Part shown: positions 18,281-28,420 of the stretch, in pieces
Layout: the number at the start of each line of letters is the position of its first letter
How positions within the stretch are numbered: the first letter of the stretch is position 1
Made by a program: the position numbers and the translations under genes
Notes under the pieces: model-generated
What the model was told of the DNA's origin: nothing
The model's input: the letters and a program-made list of their open reading frames with translations, nothing else
Databases searched by the model: none
Origin: a bacterium
GTDB taxonomy: Bacteria; SAR324; XYD2-FULL-50-16
Length of the DNA: 64,000 bases
Assembly (NCBI GenBank): GCA_032250835.1
Contig: JAVVEA010000009.1
Coordinates: forward strand, 64,001 to 128,000
Reading direction: 5' to 3'

Positions 18281-20712
18281 AATTCCGTATATTCGCCGGG
18301 AACTGACTGAACCGAAATCTGGCCCCCATGTTGCCCGGTAACGATCTCGTAACTAATGGACAGACCCAGACCCGTCCCCTGCCCGGCTGGTTTGCTGGTA
18401 TAAAAGGGTTCAAAAATCTTCGATTGCCGCTCCAGGCTGATCCCCGTCCCATTATCAAAGACCCGCAAGGTGACCCCGTCTTTATTGCACTGACTCCGCA
18501 GGATCATTTGGGGGTGGTAGGGCTTTTCCGATTGGCTCCTTTTTTCCCGCATAGCATCAAAGGCATTTCCGAATAGGTTCAATAAAACCCGTCCGAATTC
18601 TTGGGAATAAAGACGGATCGGCGGGATATTGGCCGCAAAATGTCGCTCCACCTTTAAATCCAAACCGTCTTCGCTGGCTTTGAGGCTATGTAAAGCCAGC
18701 GTCAAGTATTGCTCCACCAAGTCATTGAACTCTACGATCTGCGGCAGGCCGGGCTGCTCTCGGGCGTGGGTCAACATAGAACTAACGATGGAGCCGATCA
18801 ACTCGGCATGTTGCTGAACCTTCAGGGCCATCTGCTGTCCATGCTGGATTTGTTCGGGGCTCAGCTCTGAGGCTTTTAGAAGGTCGACCAACAGTTCCGT
18901 GAAGTTTTGGACGAAGTTTAAGGGATTGCGGATCTCGTGGGCAATGCCCGCAGTCATGCGTCCTAGACTGGACAATTTTTCCTGCACCACTAGGTTTTGT
19001 TGGGCCTTTTCTAACTGACGGGTACGCTTGAGGACCCGTTGTTCCAAGTCCTGATTGAGCGCTAAGACCTCGGCCTCGGCGGCTTTGTGTTGGCGCAGGT
19101 CGCGGAAAACGCCGCTGTAATAGAGTCCTCCGGCTCCCTCCCAACAGGCTAAGGCCCCTTCAACGGGCAAATAGACCCCCTGTTTGCTTTTACCCAGATA
19201 CTCCCTTGGTGCCGTCGATTCACCAGGAGACAACTGCGGATGGGACATCTTAAAGGGCGGACTTTGGCTGGTATCTGGTTCAAACAAAAGGTCAATGGGC
19301 TGCCCGATCAACTCTTCGGCCCTATAGCCAAATAACCCTTCGGCGCCCTGGTTCCACAACAGGATCTTGCCCTGGGCGTCAAAGCTGAAGATCGGATCGA
19401 CGCTATGCTCCACCAAAGCGCGGTAGCTTTCTTGGCTGCTGGTCAATTCAGCTTGGAGGGCTAAATTTTCAGTCAGGTCGATGGCCATAGAAACGATCAG
19501 GCGTTCCCTGGCCTGATTAGGCGGCAAGGGGGCATGGGAGATGGCCCATTGCCGGTACTGACCGTCTGCGGTGCGGATGGTGGTGAGGCTGTCTTGGGTG
19601 GTTTCTTCCTGTTCAAAGAGCGCGGCGAAATGCTGAATGATCTGCTCCTGGTTCGTCTCAAAGGCCTTCGACACCCAAGCCTGGATGTCCACCAATTCCT
19701 CGGTTCGGTACCCGGTCAGCTCACAAAAGGCCCGGCTCACCGCCAGGATTTGCCCACTTTCGCTATGCGCCATCAGCGGAAAGGGGGCCGATAACACAAT
19801 GTCCTGGAACTGGGCCTGAGTAGCCTGCAAGTCCGCCTCGGCCTGTTTTTGTTTTTCTAAAGCGGCACGCAACCGGCGGTTGACCTGTTCAAGGCTGAGA
19901 AACCGCCAAGCCAGCAGCGTCAAGCTAACCCCAAAAAGGCCGCCCCCAAAGGCCAGCCAAAGCCGCGTCGAATCCCAAAAGGGCGGCGGCGGGCGGTGCC
20001 ACTTAGCGTAAAGCTCAAAAAAGGCCGGACTAGCCACCAACCGCTCGATCACTGGATCAAAGCGTTCCTTGAGGTCCGGGCGGTTTAAGGGAAAGGCCAG
20101 CGCCCGCTTGACCTCGGCTATCGGGGTCTGCAAAGGGCGGATTAACTGGTCTACCCCCGTTTCGTGCGCCAAGTTCAGCAGCGATTCGCGAGGATAAACC
20201 AAACCGTCTAAGTGACCGCCGAGTAATTCAAAGAGGGCCTGTTCTCGGCTCGGAAACACCTGGACCTGGAATCGGTCGTCTTCGGCCAAAAGGCTTTGCC
20301 CTACGTTAGTCTCCACGACTCCTAGAAAACTCCCCTCTAGACTCTTTAAGTCATCCACGGAGCTGGCAGTGCGTACGAAGATCGAAACCTCGAAGGCATG
20401 GTAAGGCCTGCTGAACAGAAAGCTTTGTGAGCGGAGCTCCGAGACGCCTAGATTGGGGATCAGGTCCCAGCTGTTGGCCTCGGTGGCTTGGATGACCTGC
20501 GGCCAGCTTTCCTTCCATTGGTAGGTGAAGGTGACCTGCATTTCCTTGGACAGCAAGGCTAGGAATTCTGCGGCAAAGCCCGCCGGTTGTCCTTGGTCGT
20601 CGCGGTAAATATGGGGCGCAAAGTGGGCGGGGGCCAAAACCCGCAGTTGCTCGGCTCGCAGCCCCAGCGGCGAGCTCAACAGAAACAATAAGATCAGGCC
20701 CCATCCCTTCAC
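18223..20712 (-). CDS. Sensor histidine kinase: family 3 solute-binding domain, TM, two PAS, HisKA, HATPase
   Basis: Signal peptide and PBPb domain; PAS motifs (WNQGAEGLFGYRAEELIG); EKLSSLGRMTAGIAHEIRNPLNF; GTGLGL. Confidence 0.92.
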   Translation of the reverse strand: MKGWGLILLFLLSSPLGLRAEQLRVLAPAHFAPHIYRDDQGQPAGFAAEFLALLSKEMQVTFTYQWKESWPQVIQATEANSWDLIPNLGVSELRSQSFLFSRPYHAFEVSIFVRTASSVDDLKSLEGSFLGVVETNVGQSLLAEDDRFQVQVFPSREQALFELLGGHLDGLVYPRESLLNLAHETGVDQLIRPLQTPIAEVKRALAFPLNRPDLKERFDPVIERLVASPAFFELYAKWHRPPPPFWDSTRLWLAFGGGLFGVSLTLLAWRFLSLEQVNRRLRAALEKQKQAEADLQATQAQFQDIVLSAPFPLMAHSESGQILAVSRAFCELTGYRTEELVDIQAWVSKAFETNQEQIIQHFAALFEQEETTQDSLTTIRTADGQYRQWAISHAPLPPNQARERLIVSMAIDLTENLALQAELTSSQESYRALVEHSVDPIFSFDAQGKILLWNQGAEGLFGYRAEELIGQPIDLLFEPDTSQSPPFKMSHPQLSPGESTAPREYLGKSKQGVYLPVEGALACWEGAGGLYYSGVFRDLRQHKAAEAEVLALNQDLEQRVLKRTRQLEKAQQNLVVQEKLSSLGRMTAGIAHEIRNPLNFVQNFTELLVDLLKASELSPEQIQHGQQMALKVQQHAELIGSIVSSMLTHAREQPGLPQIVEFNDLVEQYLTLALHSLKASEDGLDLKVERHFAANIPPIRLYSQEFGRVLLNLFGNAFDAMREKRSQSEKPYHPQMILRSQCNKDGVTLRVFDNGTGISLERQSKIFEPFYTSKPAGQGTGLGLSISYEIVTGQHGGQISVQSVPGEYTEFQIFLPWLEEADSPLPENK

Positions 20713-20778
20713 GGCTACCTCAATAATTAGGCTTAAAGTAGCTTTAGGTTAACAGGTAGTACCGAAGAATCCAATCGC

Positions 20779-23700
20779 TTAGCGCGAAGCAAAAAACGAG
20801 GGCCGCCAGTGGGTTAATATCCAGTAGAGCGAAGGGATGAGGATCAAGGTGATCAAGGTCGCAAAAACAATCCCCACTCCCAGGCTGATCGCCATAGGGA
20901 TCAGGAATTGGGCCTGACGAGAGGTCTCGGCTAAAAGGGGCATCAAGCCAAAGAAGGTGGTCGCCGTGGTCATCAAAATCGGCCGGACCCTGCTTTGGGA
21001 GGCTTCTACCAAAGAGCCGATGGGGTCGCTCTGGCGGTTCGGGTGCCGCTTGATGGCGTCGATTAAGATCAACGAATCGTTGACCACCACGCCGGTCAAA
21101 CCAACCAAACCAAAGAGGCTCATGAAACTCAAGGGATGGCCCAGGATCAAGTGGCCCAGTGCCGCTCCGGCGAGCCCGAAGGGGATGGCGATCATCACCA
21201 GCATAGGCTCGGTATAACTCCTAAAAAAGATGGCCAAAAGGGCGTAGATCATCAACATGGCCCCTAAAAAGCCGCCCAATAGGCTGCTCATAGACTTCTG
21301 CCGCTCCTTATTGGCTCCTTCCATTTTAGCGGTTAAGCCTGGATGTAAGGAGCGGAGTTGGGGCAGCCATTCGGTTTTGATCCGGGCCGTGATGGCGTCT
21401 GGATTGCGTTGGGCCGAATCGATGCTGGCGGTGACCAAAACCACCGGGCGGCGGTTCTCGCGGCGGATTCCGGTGGGCTCGATCCGTTCGCTCCGTTCGG
21501 CCGCTTGGCCCAGGGTGATTTCCCCGCCTGCATTGGTACGCAGATACAACTGCTCAAGGTTGGAGAGGTTGTTTCGGACCTCGGCTGGGTAGCGCAAATA
21601 GACCTCAACGGTCTGGTCGTTACGCAGCAGGGTGGTGATGTTGACGCCTTTAAAGGCGGCGCGCAGCTCGTTGGCAAATTCTTGGGGGCTCACGCCCAGG
21701 CTGCGGGCCTCTTCGCTTAGGCGGTACTGGATCTCCGACTTGCCTGCCTTTTCGCTGTCGTCAATGTCCACCACGCTAGAATAACTGGTCAAATAGGCCT
21801 TGGTGTCGGCAATAGCCTGTTCTAAGACCTGGCGGTTTGGGTGGCTTAAGGTGATGGAGATGTCATCGCCGAAATTCATGGTCCGGCTGCTTAAAGACAG
21901 ACTGGTGATCTCGGGCACCTCACCGACCGATTGCCGCCAGAGCTTACCTAGCTTAAAGGCATTGATGCTGCGCTGGTCCGCATCAATCAGCCTCAAGCGC
22001 ACCGAAGCCTCAGCCGACCCACTGCCGGAATTGGCGCGAAGGCGGATGTAGCTATTGAGCAAGCTGGATTCTTTTTTACCCTGTTCCTGGTCCGCTTTAG
22101 CCAGGATAGCCGCCCCTTTGGCGACTACCTCTTCTAAGATACGGCGGCTTTCGGCGGCGGGGATGCCCGGAGGCAACGTGGCGGTCAGACGCACCTCGTC
22201 GTCTTCAATCTTCGGGAAAAACTGCATCGGCAAAATGCCGCTGGCCACGGTAGCCACCACCAACATCAAACTAACCACCCCAAAAGCCAGGGTGGCGAAG
22301 CTGTTTTTTAGGGTCTTCTCGACAAACCGCTTATAGGGCCCATGGGTGATCCGGTCTAGACCGTCGTCGCAGGCAACCCGCAGCCGCTCTAAGGCGCGCA
22401 TCGGAGCCGACTTAAAAGGCTTGCCTCCAAAGGAAAGATGCGCCGGAAGAATAAACAAAGACTCCACCAAGGAGAGCAACAACACAGACATCACAATCAC
22501 CGGCACGGCCACCAAAAAACGCCCCATTGCCCCGTCGATAAACATCAAGGGAGCAAAGGCGACTAAAGTGGTTATCACCGCTGAAAAGACCGCCGGGCCG
22601 ACTTCGGTGGCCCCTTCGATGGCTGCTTGCAGGCGGCTTTTGCCTTCTTCGATCTTTTGGAAGACCGACTCACCGACCACAATGGCATCGTCCACCACGA
22701 TGCCCAAGACCAAGATAAAGGCCATCAGGGAGATCATGTTGATCGACACGCCGGTAAAGGGCATCAGCAACAACGAACCAGCGAAGGAGATGGGGATGCC
22801 CAACATAACCCAAAAGGCCAGATGGATTTCTAAGAACAGCGCCAGGATGATGAACACCAAAACCAAGCCCATGATCCCGTTGTTGACCAATAGATCAAAG
22901 CGCTGCTGGAAAATTTCGGAACGATCTTGCCAGATCACCAAGTCCACGCCCGGAGAAAATCCGGCCTGGGTGGTCTCTAGGTATTCGTTGATTTGGGTGG
23001 CTACCTGAGCGGGCGTGAAGCCCATTTTTTGGTACACATTAAAAAAGACCGCCCGTTTGCCATCTAATAATAAATAGTCCTGAGACTCGGCGGGCCGCTC
23101 GGTGATCCGGGCGATTTCGCCTAGGCGGGTCTGGGACCCTTCACGTTGGCTTTGGACCACTAACTGGGCAAACTCGCTAGGCCGTTCACGCTTGGAGACG
23201 GTCCGCACCAAGATCTCCCCGCCTTGGGTCTGGATCGACCCGGCAGGTAGGTCGAGGCTGCCTTGGCGGATGATGGCGGCCAGTCCGGTCAAACTCAGGC
23301 CGGTGGAGCGGAGCGCCTCGGGGGTGACTTCGATGACCAACTCGGTGTTCAGCAAACCTTCGTTGTCCACCGACGACACGCCGGGCAACTCGGACAGTTC
23401 GTCTTGGACGCGGCGGGCCAGCTCGAAGAGCTGCGCCGGTTCGGACTGGGAGGTTAGCGCGAGATTGAAGATGCGCCGCTTGCGGGTGAGCTTGCTGACC
23501 TGGGGCGTTTCGATGTCTGCGGGAAAGTCTTGGATGGTGCCCACGGCGTTGCGTACCTCTTGTAGCCGCTCGTCTGGGTCCGCTCCGTCTTCTAAGGTGA
23601 TGCTCACCACGGCGATCCCCTCGTTGGCTTGGCAAACCAACTCTTCGATCCCTTCGAGCGGGTCGATCACTTCTTCCAGAGGAACGCAGAGGCTGTTGGC

Positions 23701-23880
23701 CACTTCGCTGGGGCCTGCACCCTGGTAGACCACCGTGACGTTAAGCATATCCAACGCCACCTCAGGAAAGACCTCCTGGGGTAGACGCGGGGCCATCATC
23801 GCCCCGCCGATCAAGATCATGGCTAAGAGAATGTTGGCAGCGACGGGGTTTTGCGCCATCCAAGACATGGCCGCTTTCAT
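20779..23880 (-). CDS. RND efflux permease (AcrB/AcrD/AcrF family)
   Basis: NPVAAN, GIVVDDAIVVGE, GVVVNDSLIL, RVRPILMT; 1033 aa. Confidence 0.95.
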   Translation of the reverse strand: MKAAMSWMAQNPVAANILLAMILIGGAMMAPRLPQEVFPEVALDMLNVTVVYQGAGPSEVANSLCVPLEEVIDPLEGIEELVCQANEGIAVVSITLEDGADPDERLQEVRNAVGTIQDFPADIETPQVSKLTRKRRIFNLALTSQSEPAQLFELARRVQDELSELPGVSSVDNEGLLNTELVIEVTPEALRSTGLSLTGLAAIIRQGSLDLPAGSIQTQGGEILVRTVSKRERPSEFAQLVVQSQREGSQTRLGEIARITERPAESQDYLLLDGKRAVFFNVYQKMGFTPAQVATQINEYLETTQAGFSPGVDLVIWQDRSEIFQQRFDLLVNNGIMGLVLVFIILALFLEIHLAFWVMLGIPISFAGSLLLMPFTGVSINMISLMAFILVLGIVVDDAIVVGESVFQKIEEGKSRLQAAIEGATEVGPAVFSAVITTLVAFAPLMFIDGAMGRFLVAVPVIVMSVLLLSLVESLFILPAHLSFGGKPFKSAPMRALERLRVACDDGLDRITHGPYKRFVEKTLKNSFATLAFGVVSLMLVVATVASGILPMQFFPKIEDDEVRLTATLPPGIPAAESRRILEEVVAKGAAILAKADQEQGKKESSLLNSYIRLRANSGSGSAEASVRLRLIDADQRSINAFKLGKLWRQSVGEVPEITSLSLSSRTMNFGDDISITLSHPNRQVLEQAIADTKAYLTSYSSVVDIDDSEKAGKSEIQYRLSEEARSLGVSPQEFANELRAAFKGVNITTLLRNDQTVEVYLRYPAEVRNNLSNLEQLYLRTNAGGEITLGQAAERSERIEPTGIRRENRRPVVLVTASIDSAQRNPDAITARIKTEWLPQLRSLHPGLTAKMEGANKERQKSMSSLLGGFLGAMLMIYALLAIFFRSYTEPMLVMIAIPFGLAGAALGHLILGHPLSFMSLFGLVGLTGVVVNDSLILIDAIKRHPNRQSDPIGSLVEASQSRVRPILMTTATTFFGLMPLLAETSRQAQFLIPMAISLGVGIVFATLITLILIPSLYWILTHWRPSFFASR

Positions 23881-25199
23881 GGAGTGGCTCCGCTAGCGCT
23901 TTGGTTGTTGACCTTGGGCGGGGTAGTTGCCACTGGGACCTGGGTTTGGGGGTTAGGCTCCGGGGCCGCTATTGCCTGGGGGGATTCGGCCTGAGCCGTC
24001 TCGAGCTGCGGGCCCGGTTCGGGCCCCTTATCGGTTTCGGGCTGGTAGACCTTCAGGGGCATCCCCTCGGTAGGCGTCTCGATGGGCGAAAGAATCAACT
24101 GATCGCCCGGAAAAAGCCCCTCTCGGACCAACGCCATATTCTCAACCTGACGCAAAATCTTCAATGGGCGGATCTCCAAGCCGCCACCGGGGCCGACCAT
24201 CCAAGCTTGGTTTTCTTGGTGCAGGGCGTAAAGCGGCACTTTATAAACCTGTTCTAACACCTCTCCCTGCAAGGTCGCCTTGACCTGTAACCCTAAAGGC
24301 AGGGGGAAACCCTGATCCGAAAGGGGCTGGTCAACCTCGATCATCAACTGCGCCAAGCGCCCCATGCTGTCGATCTCTTGGACTTGATGGGTAACCACGC
24401 CGATCCAGCGGTGTTGGTCCGGGCCGATTTGTTTGGTCAAAACCACCGCAGAGCCGGTCTGTCCCTGGGTACCCAAGTCAACCCAAGGCAACTCATTGAG
24501 CGGCAGGGCCAGCTTAACCCGGATGGGCCGTTCGGCAAAGAGCTTGGCAACCTGCTGGTTAGCGGTAACCGATTGACCCAATGCCAGCGTCACGCTACGG
24601 AAATAGCCCGCAAAGGGGGCGCGGATTTCGGTGCGCTCAAGGTTGAGTTCGGCTTGTTTGAGGCTCGCCTGAGCCGAGGCCATCGAGGCCCGCGCATTTT
24701 TTAACTGGGGGCCGTAGAGCGCTAAAGGGCTGATGTCCAGTCGGTTGCCGCCGGTCTGGCTTTGGACCTCCTGAAAACTCTTGAGGCCCGCTAAGGCCGA
24801 TTTTTTTTGGGCCTCTACGTTGTCTAGGTCGAATTCGGCTTTGGCCAAGGTGGCCTTGGCTTGGTCTAGGGTCAACAGCAGGTCTGCCGGGTCCAGCTTA
24901 AAGAGCAGTTCCCCGGCCTCCACGTACCCCCCCTCGACCATACTCGGCGAGATCCAGTCTACCTGCCCGCCGACGCGCGCGGCCAGGGATAGCTCCTGGG
25001 AAGGGATGGTGCTACCCAGCGCGACCACCTGGACCTGATGTTTGACGGGCTGCATCTGAAGCACCCGCACCAGCTTGATTTTCTTGGGCGGACTCTCCTT
25101 GCGCTTGGCCGGTTCTTTGCCCAGCATCATCGCCGCCGAAAGGCCAACACCGGCCAATAGGATCAGCCAAGGCAACCATCGTTTAGTCAGGAGGATCAT
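23877..25199 (-). CDS. RND periplasmic adaptor (membrane fusion protein)
   Basis: N-terminal anchor, ARVGGQV..EGGYVEAGELL, LERTEIRAPFAG. Confidence 0.92.
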   Translation of the reverse strand: MILLTKRWLPWLILLAGVGLSAAMMLGKEPAKRKESPPKKIKLVRVLQMQPVKHQVQVVALGSTIPSQELSLAARVGGQVDWISPSMVEGGYVEAGELLFKLDPADLLLTLDQAKATLAKAEFDLDNVEAQKKSALAGLKSFQEVQSQTGGNRLDISPLALYGPQLKNARASMASAQASLKQAELNLERTEIRAPFAGYFRSVTLALGQSVTANQQVAKLFAERPIRVKLALPLNELPWVDLGTQGQTGSAVVLTKQIGPDQHRWIGVVTHQVQEIDSMGRLAQLMIEVDQPLSDQGFPLPLGLQVKATLQGEVLEQVYKVPLYALHQENQAWMVGPGGGLEIRPLKILRQVENMALVREGLFPGDQLILSPIETPTEGMPLKVYQPETDKGPEPGPQLETAQAESPQAIAAPEPNPQTQVPVATTPPKVNNQSASGATP

Positions 25200-26635
25200 G
25201 GTTCTTCTCGGTTAATATCCTTGATTTCTGCTCCAAGGGATTCTAGGTAATGTGCCGTCCAGTCGCCACCCAAGGCGGTATAAAGATCAACCCGCAGGTC
25301 GATCCAGCCTCTTTTGTCGGTGATCCAGTTGGTCTGGGCGGTGACAAATTGTTTTTGTGCAGCGATCACCTGATCGAAGGTCATCACCCCCTGCACAAAG
25401 GCGCTTTTGGTCAAGGCCAAACGCTGTTGGGCGATCACCACAGAGCGTTGGCGCAGCTCTAAAAGTAGGTCCTGTTGCTTCAGTTGGACCAAAGCCGATT
25501 CGACCTCACCAAAGGCCCCCAGTAGGCTTTGGCGGTAATTGGCCAGTTGCTCTTCTAATAACGCTTCTTGACGGCGGACCTCAGCGCGGCGGCGCCCCCC
25601 GTCGAAGATCGGCACGCTCAGGTTGGCAACCAAGTTCCAGAAGGCATTGTTGGGCTCACTTAGGCTGGACAATTCGGTGCTCTGGTAGCCGGTCGAAGCG
25701 GTCAGGCTCAAACGGGGGAAGCGGTCGGCCACCGCCGCGGCGATCCGGTGGTCTTGGGCTTTGAGCTGCAATAAGGCTTGGCGCAGGTCCGGGCGGCGTT
25801 TAAGCAGCCCCGAAGGAAGACCCGGCTGGAGCGGAGGTAGCTGCAACCCTAAATCCAACTGGGCGGCAAGGTCCGCCGCCGAGGGATAATCACCAACCAA
25901 CTGCCGCAAGCTTTGTTGGGCCGAAAGCTGCTGGACTCGCAGCTGCACTTGGCGCAGTTCGGTACTCGTTAATTGTTCTCGGGCTTGTAGGACCTCGGCG
26001 GCCTGGGCGGTACCTAATTTATAACTCTGCTCGATCAGCTCCAAGTTGGCTTGGTCGGTGAGCAGCGTTTCTTGGGCAAATTCTAACTGAGCTTGGATGG
26101 ACGCGAGACCGAACCAAGCCTTGGCGACCTGTTGGCCCAACAAAGTCAATTGCTGTTTGTAGGCTTCCAAGGAGGCCAATAGTTCCAGTTCGGCGGCCTT
26201 AAGGTTGGCGCTGTTTTTACCGAACAGGTCAAGGTCGTAGCTCGCCTGCAATTCTATAGAAAAGCTGGTGCTTTGCACCTCGACACCTGTCGAGCGGTTA
26301 GCGCTCTTGGCGGCCGTAAAGTCGGCGTTGGCACTGGGCAATAGGGCGGCGAAGCTGATGCCGGTGGCTGCCAAGCGCTGCTCGATACGGGCCTGGGCGG
26401 CGCGTAGGCCTGGGTTTTTGGTGAAGGCGCGCTCCATCAGGGCCTCTAATTCCTTCGAACCCAACTGCAACCACCAACGTCCTGGGTCGCTGTAGGTGAC
26501 TTGTTCGCTTTGTTCAAATCGGTCGCTTTCGAGCCCGGTGCCCGGTTCGCCCATTGGGCTGTGGGGGCTACAGCCCCACACCAACAAAGCCACCCAGGGC
26601 AACAGTGTCAATTTATTGAACTTTCGCAAAAACAT
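25196..26635 (-). CDS. Outer membrane efflux lipoprotein (NodT/TolC family)
   Basis: Lipobox VWGC, SYDLDLFGK, LPSGLLKRRPDL, LYTALGGDW. Confidence 0.93.
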   Translation of the reverse strand: MFLRKFNKLTLLPWVALLVWGCSPHSPMGEPGTGLESDRFEQSEQVTYSDPGRWWLQLGSKELEALMERAFTKNPGLRAAQARIEQRLAATGISFAALLPSANADFTAAKSANRSTGVEVQSTSFSIELQASYDLDLFGKNSANLKAAELELLASLEAYKQQLTLLGQQVAKAWFGLASIQAQLEFAQETLLTDQANLELIEQSYKLGTAQAAEVLQAREQLTSTELRQVQLRVQQLSAQQSLRQLVGDYPSAADLAAQLDLGLQLPPLQPGLPSGLLKRRPDLRQALLQLKAQDHRIAAAVADRFPRLSLTASTGYQSTELSSLSEPNNAFWNLVANLSVPIFDGGRRRAEVRRQEALLEEQLANYRQSLLGAFGEVESALVQLKQQDLLLELRQRSVVIAQQRLALTKSAFVQGVMTFDQVIAAQKQFVTAQTNWITDKRGWIDLRVDLYTALGGDWTAHYLESLGAEIKDINREEP

Positions 26636-26975
26636 GCAGTCTCTTAAAAGGTCACAAGCCAAAAAATGGCTGGTCTATGAATCCAGCCTAACCGAACCCA
26701 ACGATCTAGGTTGTAAAGATTTGTAACCAATGGGCCTACCAACAGCCTGTTCCCCCTGGGTTCATTCTGCCAAGAGCTAACCGGTGCGCAGCAATGCCTT
26801 GGCTGCGGTCTGCTGTCTTTGGAATATTTTGGATTTAATTTTCCTGGTTATTTAGCGCCTAGAGCCGATGTAGGGATTGTCTTAAATTTTTTACCAAAAC
26901 TTAACCTTCCCCTGAACCGCTCCCCCCAGAACCCCTCTAGATTGGTCCCGAAATCAATCAAATGGAGTTTGTCCG

Positions 26976-28112
26976 ATGGAACCAAACCGCAACGTATACA
27001 CTAAAGGCACCGAGATCCTTCAAGAGGACCAGGAGCTGTTTGAATCAATCGTCAACCAGCGCTTGAGCCCCGAACAAGAGGCCCTGATCACCCAGCCTCC
27101 GGCGGTTTACCCTAAGGACGACGCGGTCTTGGCGGTGCATTGGCACCCCGAATATGTGCCCATGCCGCTGATCAAACAGCGCATCGAAGCGACCTTCCCG
27201 AACGCTAAAGAACACCTAATCATCCCCACCCAGCACAACCAAATATTGGTCTACGACGACTATGCCGGGGTAGAGGTGGACTGTTACAGTCCCGAGTTCA
27301 ACACCAAGGTGCAGCTGCTGTTGCATTTCGCGCCCGAAAAAGTGGCCGAAGCCAGCGTGCTCAAGAGCATGTTGATGCACACCTTTAACTACCGCGCCAC
27401 CCAGCTTTTTGATTTCCTCCACTGCTTAACCCGCCCTGAGCAGGACTTTATCCTGCAAAAGGCGGCGGCCAAGACGGGGGCCAACATTGAGCTGGTCAAT
27501 CTGGTGCGCCTGATGGCCCGCAAATTGGGCCTTTTGATCGAGCAAAACGAAGCGATTTTACCCAAAGAGGCAATCAAAAACAAGCTGATCCGCAATTTCT
27601 TTGACGGCCTGCGCGGCACCGTCGGCGACGCCACCATCGACCGGGCGCAGCACTTCTTACGGGAAGTAAAAAAGGCGGTAAAAAAAGACTTTGATCTAAC
27701 CTATTTTTATAAAACCCAAGAGATCATCGAAGAAACGAGGGGCCTCGGCGGCGGTATTGTGATCCCGCACCCCGAACAGTTTTGGCCCATCTTGATGGCT
27801 GATTATGATGTCGACGGGATTGAGGTCTGGAATCCCCAATCCAGCACCTATACCGAATTTTTGATCAACGTGGTCAACCGCCAAAACCGCTCGGTAGCCC
27901 CGGGTCGGCGGCCCCTGTTGGTCTTTATGGGTGATGACACCCACCTGGGCGAAAAGCTCAAAGCGCCAGGGGCGCAAAGTGCCGAAAAAGTCATCCGAGA
28001 GGTCGGCGTTCAGCCGCCCTGGGACGATCTTTCTTTAAAGAAAACCCTGATCCAAGCTCAGGCGGAAAAACATTTGGTGATCGCCGAATACAAAGCCCGT
28101 TTGAACTCTTAA
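26976..28112 (+). CDS. PHP-like metal-binding protein heading the GAK operon
   Basis: VHWHPE, IPHPEQFW, DGIEVWNP and MGDDTH resemble PHP metal-ligand motifs. Confidence 0.6.
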   Translation: MEPNRNVYTKGTEILQEDQELFESIVNQRLSPEQEALITQPPAVYPKDDAVLAVHWHPEYVPMPLIKQRIEATFPNAKEHLIIPTQHNQILVYDDYAGVEVDCYSPEFNTKVQLLLHFAPEKVAEASVLKSMLMHTFNYRATQLFDFLHCLTRPEQDFILQKAAAKTGANIELVNLVRLMARKLGLLIEQNEAILPKEAIKNKLIRNFFDGLRGTVGDATIDRAQHFLREVKKAVKKDFDLTYFYKTQEIIEETRGLGGGIVIPHPEQFWPILMADYDVDGIEVWNPQSSTYTEFLINVVNRQNRSVAPGRRPLLVFMGDDTHLGEKLKAPGAQSAEKVIREVGVQPPWDDLSLKKTLIQAQAEKHLVIAEYKARLNS

Positions 28113-28126
28113 CCCAAAGGAACGCA

Positions 28127-28417
28127 GTGAGTAGCAACAAGACCCGAGAATTTGAATATGTCACCTTGGTGGACAAACAATCGATTGTTACCTACCTCGA
28201 GACCCTGGCCGAAGGGTTTAAATCCGGCAACCTGACCCTCAAGAGCCCGGAATCCGAATTGCTGCTCGACCCCGACGGCCTCTTGAAGTTAGAGATCGCC
28301 GCTAAAAATAAATCGGGCCGCAGCAAGATCAGCATCAAGGTTTCCTGGAAAAACCAGCCCCGTGTGGAAATCAACAAAGACCGTCTGTCCCTTTCGGTTA
28401 GCCCCAAGGAAGACTAA
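28127..28417 (+). CDS. Amphi-Trp domain protein
   Basis: IVTYLETLAEGFKSGNL amphipathic helix and C-terminal IKVSW Trp. Confidence 0.85.
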   Translation: MSSNKTREFEYVTLVDKQSIVTYLETLAEGFKSGNLTLKSPESELLLDPDGLLKLEIAAKNKSGRSKISIKVSWKNQPRVEINKDRLSLSVSPKED

Positions 28418-28420
28418 ACC